Source: an uncultured delta proteobacterium
GTDB taxonomy: Bacteria; Desulfobacterota; Binatia; UBA9968
NCBI GenBank assembly: GCA_963727625.1
Contig: CAVSHR010000002.1
Coordinates: 160,001 to 224,000, forward strand
Direction: 5' to 3'
Length of the DNA stretch: 64,000 bases
The first letter of the stretch is position 1. Each line of letters starts with the position of its first letter. The translations under genes were made by a program, and so were the position numbers. The notes under the pieces are model-generated. The model ran no database searches and was not told the DNA's origin. It saw only the letters and a program-made list of their open reading frames with translations. This document shows positions 1 through 9,301 of the stretch, in pieces.

Positions 1-156
1 TTAACGCCGGGATTCCGCGTCAACATATATTGGCGACGCCGTGAATACAACTGACTTATTAACGGCTACCCAAAGAGATTTTCAAAGCGCCAGTATCATG
101 CCGCAGTGCGCTGTGCTAAGAGATCGAAGCACAAAAGAACAAACGACATCCTGATC

Positions 157-1017
157 ATGAGCAGCGAGCTTTGGGCGATCATTTCGGCGGCGGCGTGGGC
201 GGTGGATTCGATCCTCGTGCGCAAGGGCACGGCGTTTTCCAACCCTTCGACGGCGGCGTTCATCAGCTTCGTCGTCAACGTCACGATTCTGGTTCCCTAC
301 GTTTTCTATCACTACCCCCTGGAAAAGATTTTTCAGCCGGCAAACTTGTTCTTCATCGTGACCGGTATCATCCAGCCGGCGATCGTGCGCGTGATGTTCT
401 ACATCGGCATCGTTCGTCTCGGTGTCTCGCGTGCTGGACCGATCCGCGGCACCTCGCCTTTTTTTTCCGTGGCGATCGCTTTTTTTCTTTTTCATGACCG
501 GCCGGGTTTGATCGTTTATCTGGGCGGAATCTTGACTGTGGCCGGCACCTGGCTGGTTTCTTACAAACGGGCGGGGGAGGCGAAATGGCGCCCGCTCGAT
601 CTCTTATTTCCGTTGGGCGCGGCGATGCTCGCGTCGGTGTCGCAGAATATCCGCAAAATGGGGCTCAACAGCACCAATGAGCCGATCATTGCGGCGGCGA
701 TCTCGACGGCAACGTCGCTGCTCTGCCTGCTTGGCTCGCTGGTATTTTCCAAAAAAAGCCGAGCGCTGCAGCTCAACCGGCAATGCCTGCCCTATTACGG
801 CGGCGCGGCGGTGTGCGCGCTGGTCGGTCAATTGTCCACCTTCGTGGCGCTCAACGGCGGTCAAATCTCCGTCGTCGCGCCACTTAACAGTACTTCGCCA
901 TTGTTCGTCATCGCTCTCACCGCGCTGTTTCTGCGCGGCGAGGAGAAGGTCAATACCGCTGTGGTGATCGGAGTGATCCTGCTCGTCGGGGGAATCGCGG
1001 CGATCACGGGGCGGTAG
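157..1017 (+). CDS. EamA/DMT family transporter
   Basis: About 10 hydrophobic segments in two repeats; G.SRA.PI..TSP and VVAPLNSTSPLF EamA-type motifs; ATG 157 preferred over the ORF-track start at 106. Confidence 0.85.
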   Translation: MSSELWAIISAAAWAVDSILVRKGTAFSNPSTAAFISFVVNVTILVPYVFYHYPLEKIFQPANLFFIVTGIIQPAIVRVMFYIGIVRLGVSRAGPIRGTSPFFSVAIAFFLFHDRPGLIVYLGGILTVAGTWLVSYKRAGEAKWRPLDLLFPLGAAMLASVSQNIRKMGLNSTNEPIIAAAISTATSLLCLLGSLVFSKKSRALQLNRQCLPYYGGAAVCALVGQLSTFVALNGGQISVVAPLNSTSPLFVIALTALFLRGEEKVNTAVVIGVILLVGGIAAITGR

Positions 1018-1029
1018 GGTTCCTAGGAC

Positions 1030-1126
1030 GTTCAAAAGGTTCAAGCCGTTCAAATAGTTCAAATCGTTTGAACGGAGATCGCGAAGCGATTGGTTGAACG
1101 GAGCGCAGCGGTTGAACGTTTTGAAC
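1030..1126. repeat. 9-bp-period GTTCAA repeats followed by inverted TTGAAC copies
   Basis: GTTCAA at 1030, 1039, 1048, 1057; TTGAAC at 1068, 1094, 1112, 1121; lies between convergent genes. Confidence 0.85.
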
Positions 1127-1143
1127 TCGGGATCAGATATCGA

Positions 1144-1572
1144 TCAGGCCGCCGGCTTGAACTTCGGCAGCGTGATGCCGTCGCCGCTGTCCTCGAAAAC
1201 GACTTCCACCGGCATGTCGATGCGGACTTTATCGATGGGGCAGCCGATCACATTGCTGCAAAAGCGCGGCCCGTCGTCGAGGTCGACCCAGGCCGTTACA
1301 TAGGGAATGTCCGGCGCGAAGCCGCGCAGCGCGGTGCCGACCACTTCTCGGATGATGGTGAAGCAAAAGATTTTGCCCTTGCCGCTCACCGGCACCCAGT
1401 CGAGTTTTTCGCTGGCGCAATCGCCGCACACCGGGCGCGGCGGGAACACCCAGGTGCTGCAGTTGCCGCACTTTTGCATCATCAGCTTGCCGGCCTTGGC
1501 GCCGTCCCAGAAGGGCTGATTGACGGGGGTGATTTCAGGGAGAGGTTTTTTGATTGATTTTTCTTCTGCCAT
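1144..1572 (-). CDS. DUF35 Zn-ribbon/OB-fold protein (thiolase partner)
   Basis: PFWDG, CxxC...PPRPVCxxC, SGKGKI, PYV...VDLDDGPR; downstream of a thiolase-family gene. Confidence 0.9.
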   Translation of the reverse strand: MAEEKSIKKPLPEITPVNQPFWDGAKAGKLMMQKCGNCSTWVFPPRPVCGDCASEKLDWVPVSGKGKIFCFTIIREVVGTALRGFAPDIPYVTAWVDLDDGPRFCSNVIGCPIDKVRIDMPVEVVFEDSGDGITLPKFKPAA

Positions 1573-1620
1573 ATTTTCTCGCCTTTCAGATGTTCAAGAG
1601 AATGAGTGTATAAGACTTTA

Positions 1621-1690
1621 TCTCGCCAAGACGCCAAGACGCTAAGTTCGAAGTCATTATACCTTGGCGCCTTTGCGTCTTTGCGTGAGA
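1621..1690. repeat. 8-bp-period inverted repeat element (CGCCAAGA x3 / CTTTGCGT-like x3)
   Basis: tctcgccaagacgccaagacgctaag ... cttggcgcctttgcgtctttgcgtgaga; arms complementary. Confidence 0.8.
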
Positions 1691-1710
1691 TATGCCGAAA
1701 TTCCCTGCCG

Positions 1711-2904
1711 CTAAGCTTCGCTTCCCAAGATCGCCGCGGCGGTGCAGCCGAAGTTCTTGCCGTAGTTGACCGCGCCGACGCCGGTGGAAATGCCGAATTT
1801 GATGTTCGGCACCTGCCGTTCGCCGCATTCACCGCGAATCTGGCGCACGGTTTCGATGACATGCAGCATGCCGCCGGTGGTCGATGGTTGGCCGCAGTTG
1901 ATCATGCCGCCGCTGGTCTGGATCGGCAGGTCGCCTTTGAATGTGAAATCGGTCTTCTCGAAAAATGCCTTGTCATTTCTCCCGCAGAAGCCGAGATCCT
2001 CGATCTGGATCATCACGACGGGGATATAGTCGTCGTAAAGATTCAAGCAGCGGATATCCTTATGCGCGACGCTGGACATTTCAAAGGCGCGCTTGCCGGC
2101 TTGGGTTATTCCCGTGATCAGCGGGTTGGCGCGATAGCGCGGACCAAAGCTCGCGTTGTTACATTCGCCCCATCCGAGCAGATAGACCGGCGGCTTGCGC
2201 ATTGATTTGGCGCGCTCGGCCGACGTCATGATATAGGCTTTGCCGCCGTTGGCGGGCATGACGCAATCGAACAGGCGAATCGGATCGGAGATCATGCGCG
2301 ACTTTTTGTAGTCTTCGATGGTGATCGGCTTGCGAAGATACGCATTGGGATTGAGCGAGGCGTGATACCGGCCGGTGACGGCGATCTTGCCGAAGTGCTC
2401 GTCGGTCATGCCTGACTCGTGCATGTAGCGGCTCATCACGAAAGAAATCTTGCAATTGGGTCCCATGACGCCGAAAGGCATTTCATAGTCGCGGGTGTCG
2501 GCGTGGGCGCCGCGGTGACCGCCGCGTTCGCTGAATGGCGCGGCTGCGGCGATGACCAGCACGAGGTCGCAAAGTCCCGCAGTAATCGCGGCGGCCGCGT
2601 GGCCGAGCAGCGACACCGAGCTGGCGCCGCCATTGCCGCCGGCGAGTGAAACTCCCGGCGTGATGCCGAGAATCGCCGCCACTTCCTCGGGCCAGAAGGG
2701 TTGTGAATGATTGGTCGTATAAATCGCCGCGAGTCCCTGGCCGTCGAAGTCCTTCTTGCTCAAACCCGCGTCTGCCATCGCCAGCCGCGCCGCCCAGGCG
2801 AGATATTCCGCCGTCGATTTTCGCGCCTCGCCCGGCTTGCTGCCGAGCCGATCGGTCGGCGTCTCACCGATGCCGACGACCGCAGTTTTTCCTCGTATGC
2901 TCAT
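1711..2904 (-). CDS. Thiolase-family (SCP-x/Ltp2-like) protein
   Basis: MSIRGKTAVVGIGET start, HASLNPNAYLR, SRMISDPIRLFDC, LYDDY, TSGG; start set at ATG 2904. Confidence 0.88.
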   Translation of the reverse strand: MSIRGKTAVVGIGETPTDRLGSKPGEARKSTAEYLAWAARLAMADAGLSKKDFDGQGLAAIYTTNHSQPFWPEEVAAILGITPGVSLAGGNGGASSVSLLGHAAAAITAGLCDLVLVIAAAAPFSERGGHRGAHADTRDYEMPFGVMGPNCKISFVMSRYMHESGMTDEHFGKIAVTGRYHASLNPNAYLRKPITIEDYKKSRMISDPIRLFDCVMPANGGKAYIMTSAERAKSMRKPPVYLLGWGECNNASFGPRYRANPLITGITQAGKRAFEMSSVAHKDIRCLNLYDDYIPVVMIQIEDLGFCGRNDKAFFEKTDFTFKGDLPIQTSGGMINCGQPSTTGGMLHVIETVRQIRGECGERQVPNIKFGISTGVGAVNYGKNFGCTAAAILGSEA

Positions 2905-2934
2905 ATTTGAGATCCTCTCTCTACAACGATGCGT

Positions 2935-3081
2935 AAATTCGAATTTCGAATATCGAAATCCGAAAAATAAAACAAAATGCCAAATTCTAAAAACGAAGTC
3001 CGCCGATTTCGTTTGGAACTTGAGGATTGTGTTTCTGCTCAATTGATATTGTTTCGAGCTTCGGATTTCGAGTTTCGAATT
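2935..3081. repeat. Heptamer-period inverted repeat element (TTCGAAT-like)
   Basis: aaattcgaatttcgaatatcgaaatccgaaa ... tttcgagcttcggatttcgagtttcgaatt. Confidence 0.75.
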
Positions 3082-3237
3082 GTCCTCCATCGAGAGATAT
3101 TTCAGCCCAGCCGGACTGTCAAGCGATCGATGCACGATACATTCCGATTGACAGCGCGTAGGCCGAGGTGGGATAACCGCGGCACACAACAGACCGGCTG
3201 ACGCTGTTTAGGCTGGCAACATAGACTGATTATCCAA

Positions 3238-3274
3238 GGGCCCTAACGGTCTCATTCCGTTGGGCCCTTTTTTT
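3238..3274 (+). terminator. Intrinsic terminator
   Basis: gggccctaacgg-tctcatt-ccgttgggccc followed by T7. Confidence 0.8.
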
Positions 3275-3668
3275 GTCGATGTCGATGATCATCGCGCCGA
3301 GCAAAAAGGGATGAATCAATATGGAGACATCCTGTATCAATTCCACTCCCTGCCACTTGTGCGACCTCATTTGTCGGATCTCGTGAGTCACGGAATGCTC
3401 AGCATATTCACCGCTATTGTCAGGAGAAGAACAGACCTGGCTGATGGCACTGTTCGTGCTTCCTTGGTTATGGATGCCCTATTCTGAATTGACCTCAAAT
3501 CGTCTGTTGGTCGTTCGGCAAGAAGTTGATTGAAGAACAGGCGGCCGAGTGTACGCGGGTGGGTGATCTCAACCAGCAAAGCAGAATCCCCGAGACAATC
3601 CACGGCATACAAATTGGCAAGAGCGTACGAAGTCAATCGAAGAGGCGCGAGAGGGGAAGCAGTCCAGA

Positions 3669-4667
3669 ATGAATTCAATTGCTAGATTAGTATTTTTCGG
3701 GCTACCGACAATTGCCTTCCTGACTGTTCTTTCTACCGCCGAGGCGCAGCAGCCGAACAAAGTCCCGCGGATAGGGTATCTATCTTCGTTCGATCCAGCT
3801 AGTAACTTCGCTCGTCCCGAGGCCATTCGGCTGGCTCTGCGCGAGCTTGACTACATAGTAGGACAGAACATCGTCTTTGAGTACCGATACGCGGAGGGAA
3901 AGCTCGATCGTTACCCTGAGCTTGCGGCCGAGCTGGTGCGTCTCAAGGTCGATATCATCGTGGTAGCAGGAGGGGCCAGGACGGTCCGGGCGGCCAAGAA
4001 TGCGACCAAGACGATTCCCATCGTTATGGTGGGCCAAGGCGTCGATCCTGTCGAGGCCGGCCTAGTTGACAGCCTTGCCCGTCCGGGCGGCAACGTCACC
4101 GGCCTTACAAACCTTGGCCCAGAACTAGGCGGTAAGCGGCTGGAGCTGCTCAAAGAAGCCGTTCCTAAACTTGCCCGTGTCGCGGTTCTCTATGCTCCGG
4201 CCAGTCGTAGCAGTGCACGCACTATGAGGGCTCTGCCAATCGCGGCGCGTGCGCTGAAGTTGACTCTTCAACCTTGGGAGATACGAGCTGCGGACGGTTT
4301 CGAGAAGGTATTCGCTACGCTAAACAAGCAGCGCCCGGAGGGACTCTACGTACTCGGGGCCTCGCTAATAAATGCTAACATAAAACGGACCGTCGGCTTT
4401 GCGTTAAAGAGTCGGCTACCGTCGATGTACCACGCCAGAGAAGGTGTAGTTGCCGGCGGGCTCATGTACTACGGGGCGGACTTCGCGGACAACTACCAAC
4501 GCGTCGCATATTATGTGGACAAGATCCTCAGGGGAGCCAAGCCCGCCGATTTGCCGGTCGAGCAACCGACAAAATTCGAGCTGATCATCAATCTGAAAAC
4601 CGCCCAACAGATCGGTCTGACGATCCCGCCCAACCTGCTGGCGAGAGCGGACAAGGTGATCAAATGA
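3669..4667 (+). CDS. ABC transporter substrate-binding protein (ABC_sub_bind family), copy 1
   Basis: Signal peptide, AQQP..RIG, SLARPGGNVTG, DLPVEQPTKFELIINLKTA..IGLTIP. Confidence 0.92.
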   Translation: MNSIARLVFFGLPTIAFLTVLSTAEAQQPNKVPRIGYLSSFDPASNFARPEAIRLALRELDYIVGQNIVFEYRYAEGKLDRYPELAAELVRLKVDIIVVAGGARTVRAAKNATKTIPIVMVGQGVDPVEAGLVDSLARPGGNVTGLTNLGPELGGKRLELLKEAVPKLARVAVLYAPASRSSARTMRALPIAARALKLTLQPWEIRAADGFEKVFATLNKQRPEGLYVLGASLINANIKRTVGFALKSRLPSMYHAREGVVAGGLMYYGADFADNYQRVAYYVDKILRGAKPADLPVEQPTKFELIINLKTAQQIGLTIPPNLLARADKVIK

Positions 4668-5788
4668 AACAGTTTTGGATTTTCAATTGCCGATTTTGGA
4701 TTAGGGAAAAATACATGAAAAAACTATTGCGGATTCGATTGTGCTGTTCTCAATCCGACAATCCAAAACCTGTGGTGAGCAGGGTCGAACCATCGGCAAT
4801 CCAAAATCGAAAATGGGTGGGGATCTTCGCTATCGCCCTCACATTCGCCTTGGGTGGGGCGGTGGCCCCGGCGCAGCAGCCGGCGAAAATTCACCGGATA
4901 GGAATTCTGAGCCCGTCCTCCGGGTCCGTCTTCCCGGCCCGGGTCGAAGCATTTCGCCAACGGCTGCGCCATCTTGGCTATGTCGAAGGAAAGAACATCG
5001 CCTTCGAGTACCGATATGCGGAAGGGAAACGCGGACGGCTGCCTGGCCTTGTCGCCGAACTGGTCCGTCTTAAAGTTGATGTTATCGTCACCGTGGGGAC
5101 GCCGGGAGCCGAAGCTGCCAAGAAGGCGAGCGGGACAATTCCGATCGTATTCGCCGGTGCTTCCGATCCAGTAGGAACTGGGATTGTCTCCAGCCTGGCA
5201 CGACCAGGCGCGAATATCACCGGACTTAGCCTCATGGTACCGGATCTAGATGGCAAACGATTGGAACTGCTCAAGGAAGCCTTTCCCAAGGTTGCCCGGG
5301 TGGCCTTCCTCTGGCAACCGGGTGGCGCGGGGGGAAACCTGCGTCTCACAGATATGGAGGCCGCGGCCAAGGCGTTGGAACTCAAACTTCTATCGCTGGA
5401 GGTGCGAAGTCTTGACGATTTTGAGGGCGCATTCGCACGAGCGAAAGGGGAAGGCGCCCAGGCGCTCATTACGACCACAGGTGATCTTATCAATACTCAA
5501 CAACGTCAAGTCTTGGACTTCGCGGCAAAGAACCGGCTGCCGGCGATGTACCACTACAGTGAGTTTGTTGAGACCGGTGGCTTGATGAGCTACGGGCCAG
5601 ACAATAAGGACATATGGCGGCGCGCCGCTGACTTTGTCGATAAGATCCTCAAGGGCACCAAACCGGGTGACTTGCCAGTGCAGCAGGCGACAAAGTTCGA
5701 GCTGGTAATCAATCTCAAGACTGCGAAACAGATCGATCTGACGATCCCGCAGAGTCTGTTGGCGCGGGCGGATAGGGTGATCAAATGA
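4664..5788 (+). CDS. ABC_sub_bind protein, copy 2 (true start may be 4715 or later)
   Basis: Same motifs as copy 1; the N-terminal extension runs through heptamer repeats. Confidence 0.9.
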   Translation: MKQFWIFNCRFWIREKYMKKLLRIRLCCSQSDNPKPVVSRVEPSAIQNRKWVGIFAIALTFALGGAVAPAQQPAKIHRIGILSPSSGSVFPARVEAFRQRLRHLGYVEGKNIAFEYRYAEGKRGRLPGLVAELVRLKVDVIVTVGTPGAEAAKKASGTIPIVFAGASDPVGTGIVSSLARPGANITGLSLMVPDLDGKRLELLKEAFPKVARVAFLWQPGGAGGNLRLTDMEAAAKALELKLLSLEVRSLDDFEGAFARAKGEGAQALITTTGDLINTQQRQVLDFAAKNRLPAMYHYSEFVETGGLMSYGPDNKDIWRRAADFVDKILKGTKPGDLPVQQATKFELVINLKTAKQIDLTIPQSLLARADRVIK

Positions 5789-5829
5789 ATCTTCGATTAT
5801 CGACCGGTAAAGTTAATGAGGTACAAAGC

Positions 5830-6805
5830 ATGACCACAAAAATTCTTGTCTTCCTGTTTGCTTCTGCAATTCTGCTGTCCCATGAACCAAGCCAAGCCCA
5901 ACAGCCGAAGCAAATCCAGCGCGTCGGTTTGTTCCATGTGGGCTTGGACCACGTTCCGCCGTCGTTTCCTGCTCTCCGCGCAGCGCTCAAAGAACTAGGC
6001 TACGAGGAGGGGAAAAATATCCATCTGGATTGGCGCAACTTGCCGGATGACGAAGCGGCCCTTGCCACCGCTAGAGAATTTGCCCGCCAACCCGTCGATC
6101 TGATCGTCGCCTTTGAGGACCAAACGATTCGCGCCGCCAAGGCGGCCACTACTGAGGTTCCAGTCTTGTTTCTCCACGCGAATGCTCCTGTGAAGGATGG
6201 CTTTGTGAAAAGTTTTGCCCACCCTGGCGGTAATATGACCGGCTTCGCTGCCTGGCCCGTGTCTAATGGCAAGCAGGTCGAGCTGTTCAAAGAGTTGATT
6301 CCCGATCTCGGGAGTCTGCTCTTGCTGGTCCATCCCGATGATCCTGTCGGGCGACGCTGGCTGCAGGAAGTGCGGCAAGCCGGTAAAGCGCTGAAACTTC
6401 GTTTGATCGAGCGCAAAGCAACCAATCAAGAGGAAATCGAACGGGCCATCGGTTCGGTAAGGCGAGAAGAAGTGGGTGGAATCCTGGTGCTGTCTCTGAT
6501 CCTCCGCAACAGTTACAGTTCACTTATCACCCGTCTCGCCGCAGACAAGCATCTCCCCTTGGGGATGCACCGTAAAGAATGGGTCGAAGCAGGGCGCGCT
6601 TTTTTCTTATTCGGCGGACCTTGCGTCCGTGGGCCGAGCCGCCGCTCCTTATGTGGATAAAATTCTCAAAGGCACCAAGCCGGCGGACCTTCCGGTCGAA
6701 CAGGTGTCGAGGTTTGAGCTGGTGATCAATCTGCAGTCAGCCCGGAAACTTGGTTTGACGATTCCACAGTCGATTCTGTTTCGGGCAAGCAGGGTGATCA
6801 AATGA
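5830..6805 (+). CDS. ABC_sub_bind protein, copy 3 (divergent; frameshift near 6595)
   Basis: SFAHPGGNMTG; C-terminus YVDKILKGTKPADLPVEQ...RVIK continues in another frame to TGA 6805. Confidence 0.8.
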
Positions 6806-7037
6806 AGAAAGGCAACGGCAATTAGAACAACGCAGTCAATCCTCGGCTCGCTCTTTGGGCGATCCTCTTTGCGCTTTGTTTTGCGGCAGAAACGCAGCCT
6901 AAGACAGCCCCACGACGGCTATCCCGGTAGAGCAGCCGACCAAATTCGACTTCATCGTCAATCTGAAAGCCGCCAAGCAGATCGGCCTGACGATCCCGCC
7001 GGGTGTGCTGGTGCGGGCGGACAGAGTAATCCGCTAG
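6802..7037 (+). pseudogene. Internally deleted ABC_sub_bind remnant
   Basis: Signal-peptide-like LWAILFALCFAAETQP directly abutting PVEQPTKFDFIVNLKAAKQIGLTIPPGVLVRADRVIR*. Confidence 0.8.
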
Positions 7038-7060
7038 GCGTGAATGGTGAGGCGTGAGCC

Positions 7061-8090
7061 ATGAGAGGAGATTCAATGCGCGTAGTCCATAGTCTGTGGT
7101 CAGTGGTCAGCAAAATTGTCGTTTGCATTGCTCCTGGCACCGTGCTTTTTGCGCTTTGCTTTTCTGCCGCCGCGCAGCAGCCGGCGAAAATCCCACGGAT
7201 AGGATTTCTAGGTGCCACTACCGCTTCAGTCGAATCTACTCGCATCGAGGCTTTCCGGCAGGGCATGCGCGAGCTTGGATACGTGGAGGGGAAAAGCATT
7301 GTCATTGAGTGGCGGTGGGCCGAGGGAAAATTCGATCGGCTGCCCGAGCTTGCGGCCGAACTCGTGCGTCTCAAGGTGGAGGTCATCGTCACAGGGGGCT
7401 CGACATCAAGCGGCGCTGCGAAGAAAGTAACAACCACGGTTCCCATTGTGATGGCGCAAGATAACGATCCTGTGGGCAGTGGGTTTGTCGCTAGCCTTGG
7501 GCGTCCGGGCGGGAACATGACAGGATTGGCAACCCTTGCTCCGGAGATAAGCGGAAAACAACTGGAGCTTCTCAAAGGAGATCGTTCCCAAGCTCTCCCG
7601 CGTGGCCGTCCTCGGGACTTCGACCGCCCCGGGCAACGCAGAAGCGTTAAAAGAGACGGAACTTTCCGCAAGGGCGTTCAAGATACAGCTTCAATACCTA
7701 GACATACGAGTTCCCAAAGATATTGAGACTGCATTCCGAGAGGCAAAGAAGGGACGTGCTGACGCAGTCCTCGTGCTCGGAGCCCCGGCCCTCATTTCTC
7801 AGCGAAAACAGATTGCAGACCTCGCGGCAACGAGCCGGCTCCCGGCGATCTATCCGTGGCCGGAATTTGTCAAAGACCTCGGGCCTATGAGTTATGGCGT
7901 GAGAGTTACCGACTTGTACCGACGCGCCGCCACTTATGTCGACAAGATCCTCAGAGGCGCTAAGCCTGCCGACCTTCCCGTCGAGCAGCCCAAGAAGTTC
8001 GAATTAGTGATCAATCTGAAGACGGCGAAGCAGATCGGATTAACAATACCACCCAACGTATTGGCTAGAGCAGATAAAGTCATCCGATGA
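7061..8090 (+). CDS. ABC_sub_bind protein, copy 4 (frameshift near 7575)
   Basis: ORFs 7061..7726 and 7602..8090 join into a full-length paralog; extra base in ctcaaaggag. Confidence 0.85.
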
Positions 8091-8133
8091 CCGAACAATC
8101 TAAAATCCAAAATCGGAAATCTAAAATCGAAAG

Positions 8134-8178
8134 GTTCCGCCGAATGTGCTGGCGAGAGCGGATCGGGTGATTCGATAG
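8134..8178 (+). pseudogene. Orphan 3' tail of an ABC_sub_bind gene
   Basis: Translates VPPNVLARADRVIR*; preceded by AATCYAA-type heptamers at 8097-8130. Confidence 0.8.
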
Positions 8179-8219
8179 GCGTGAGCCTTGAGGCGGAAGG
8201 CGTGAGGAGGAAGTCCGGA

Positions 8220-9209
8220 ATGAATTCGATTACTGGAAATATACTTTTCTGGTCGCTCACCATGATCTTTCTGCCAACTATTTCCGCCAAAGCGCAGCAG
8301 CCCGTGAACGTTCCACGGGTCGGATACCTAAGTAGTGACTCCCCTTCCACTATCGCTGTCCGTATCGAAGCATTCCGGCAGGGTCTGCGCGAGCTTGGAT
8401 AGGTGGAGGGGAAAAACATTGTTATTGAGTGGCGATTTGCCGAGGGTAAAGCTGATCGGCTACGTGGCCTTGCGGCTGAACTGGTCCGTCTCAAGGTAGA
8501 CGTCATCGTTACGAGTGGACCGGCAGCAACCCGTGCCGCCAAGCAAGCAACTGTTACAATTTCCATTGTCACGGCGCAGGATAACGATCCTGTTGGGAAC
8601 GGGCTCATCGCCAGCCTTGCGCGACCTGGTGGAAACATTACTGGATTGTCCACCCTTGCCCCGGAAATAAGCGGGAAAAGGCTGGAACTATTGAAGGAGA
8701 TCGTTCCAGGGATCTCCCGGGTGGCCGTTCTCGGCAGTTCGACCACCCCGGGCAACCCACATGCGTTAAGAGAGACGGAACTTGCCGCACGAGTGTTGGG
8801 GCTGCAGATTCAATACCTAGAAGTACGCGGTGCCAAGGATCTTGAGCCTGCATTTCGAGCTGCAGCCAAAGACCGTGCTGACGCCGTCCTCTTGCTGCAA
8901 AGCCCAGTCTTCGTTAATGAGCGAAGACAACTTGCAAACCTCGCGGTAAAGAGCCGGCTGCCGGCGATATACGACAGGCGAGAATTTGTAGACGATGGTG
9001 GCCTTATGTGCTACGGGACAAATTTCGTCGACTTGTCCCGCCGCGCCGCCACCTACGTCGATAAAATTCTAAGAGGCGCCAAGCCCGCCGATCTCCCAAT
9101 CGAACAACCGACCAAGTTCGAGTTTGTGATCAATCTCAGGGCGGCGAAGCAGATCGGTTTGACGATTCCGCCGAATGTGCTGGCGCGGGCGGATCGGGTG
9201 ATCAAATGA
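8220..9209 (+). pseudogene. ABC_sub_bind protein, copy 5, with in-frame TAG at 8400-8402
   Basis: LRELG*VEGKN where paralogs have LGYVEGK; the rest is intact. Confidence 0.8.
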
Positions 9210-9210
9210 C

Positions 9211-9286
9211 AGTACTGAGTAACGAGTGCTGAGGACTGAGGTCAGGTGGAGAAAAACTCAGAACTCGTAGCTCAGCGCTCAGCACT
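9211..9286. repeat. Heptamer inverted repeat (AGTRCTG / CTCAGCA type)
   Basis: agtactgagtaacgagtgctgaggactgag ... ctcagaactcgtagctcagcgctcagcact. Confidence 0.8.
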
Positions 9287-9301
9287 TTGGGGGGAGGGGC
9301 G

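Noticed and set aside
1030-1126. Possible CRISPR array
   Set aside because: Units are 6 bp with 3-bp gaps; there are no 23-47 bp repeats, spacers or cas genes
2905-3189. 95-aa N-terminal extension of the thiolase ORF
   Set aside because: It is read-through of the heptamer repeat element; family similarity begins at ATG 2904
3160-3230. ZTP (pfl) riboswitch resemblance (ggtgggataaccgcgg)
   Set aside because: The GACUG 5' element and CGCCUGGGCA 3' pseudoknot element are absent; this stretch more likely overlaps the promoter
3388-3678. Short ORFs between the terminator and the first SBP gene
   Set aside because: No motifs, RBS or coding-like composition that I can support
8400-8402. Pyrrolysine or amber recoding
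   Set aside because: The position is a conserved Tyr one substitution from TAG; there are no pyl genes, and other genes here use TAG as a stop
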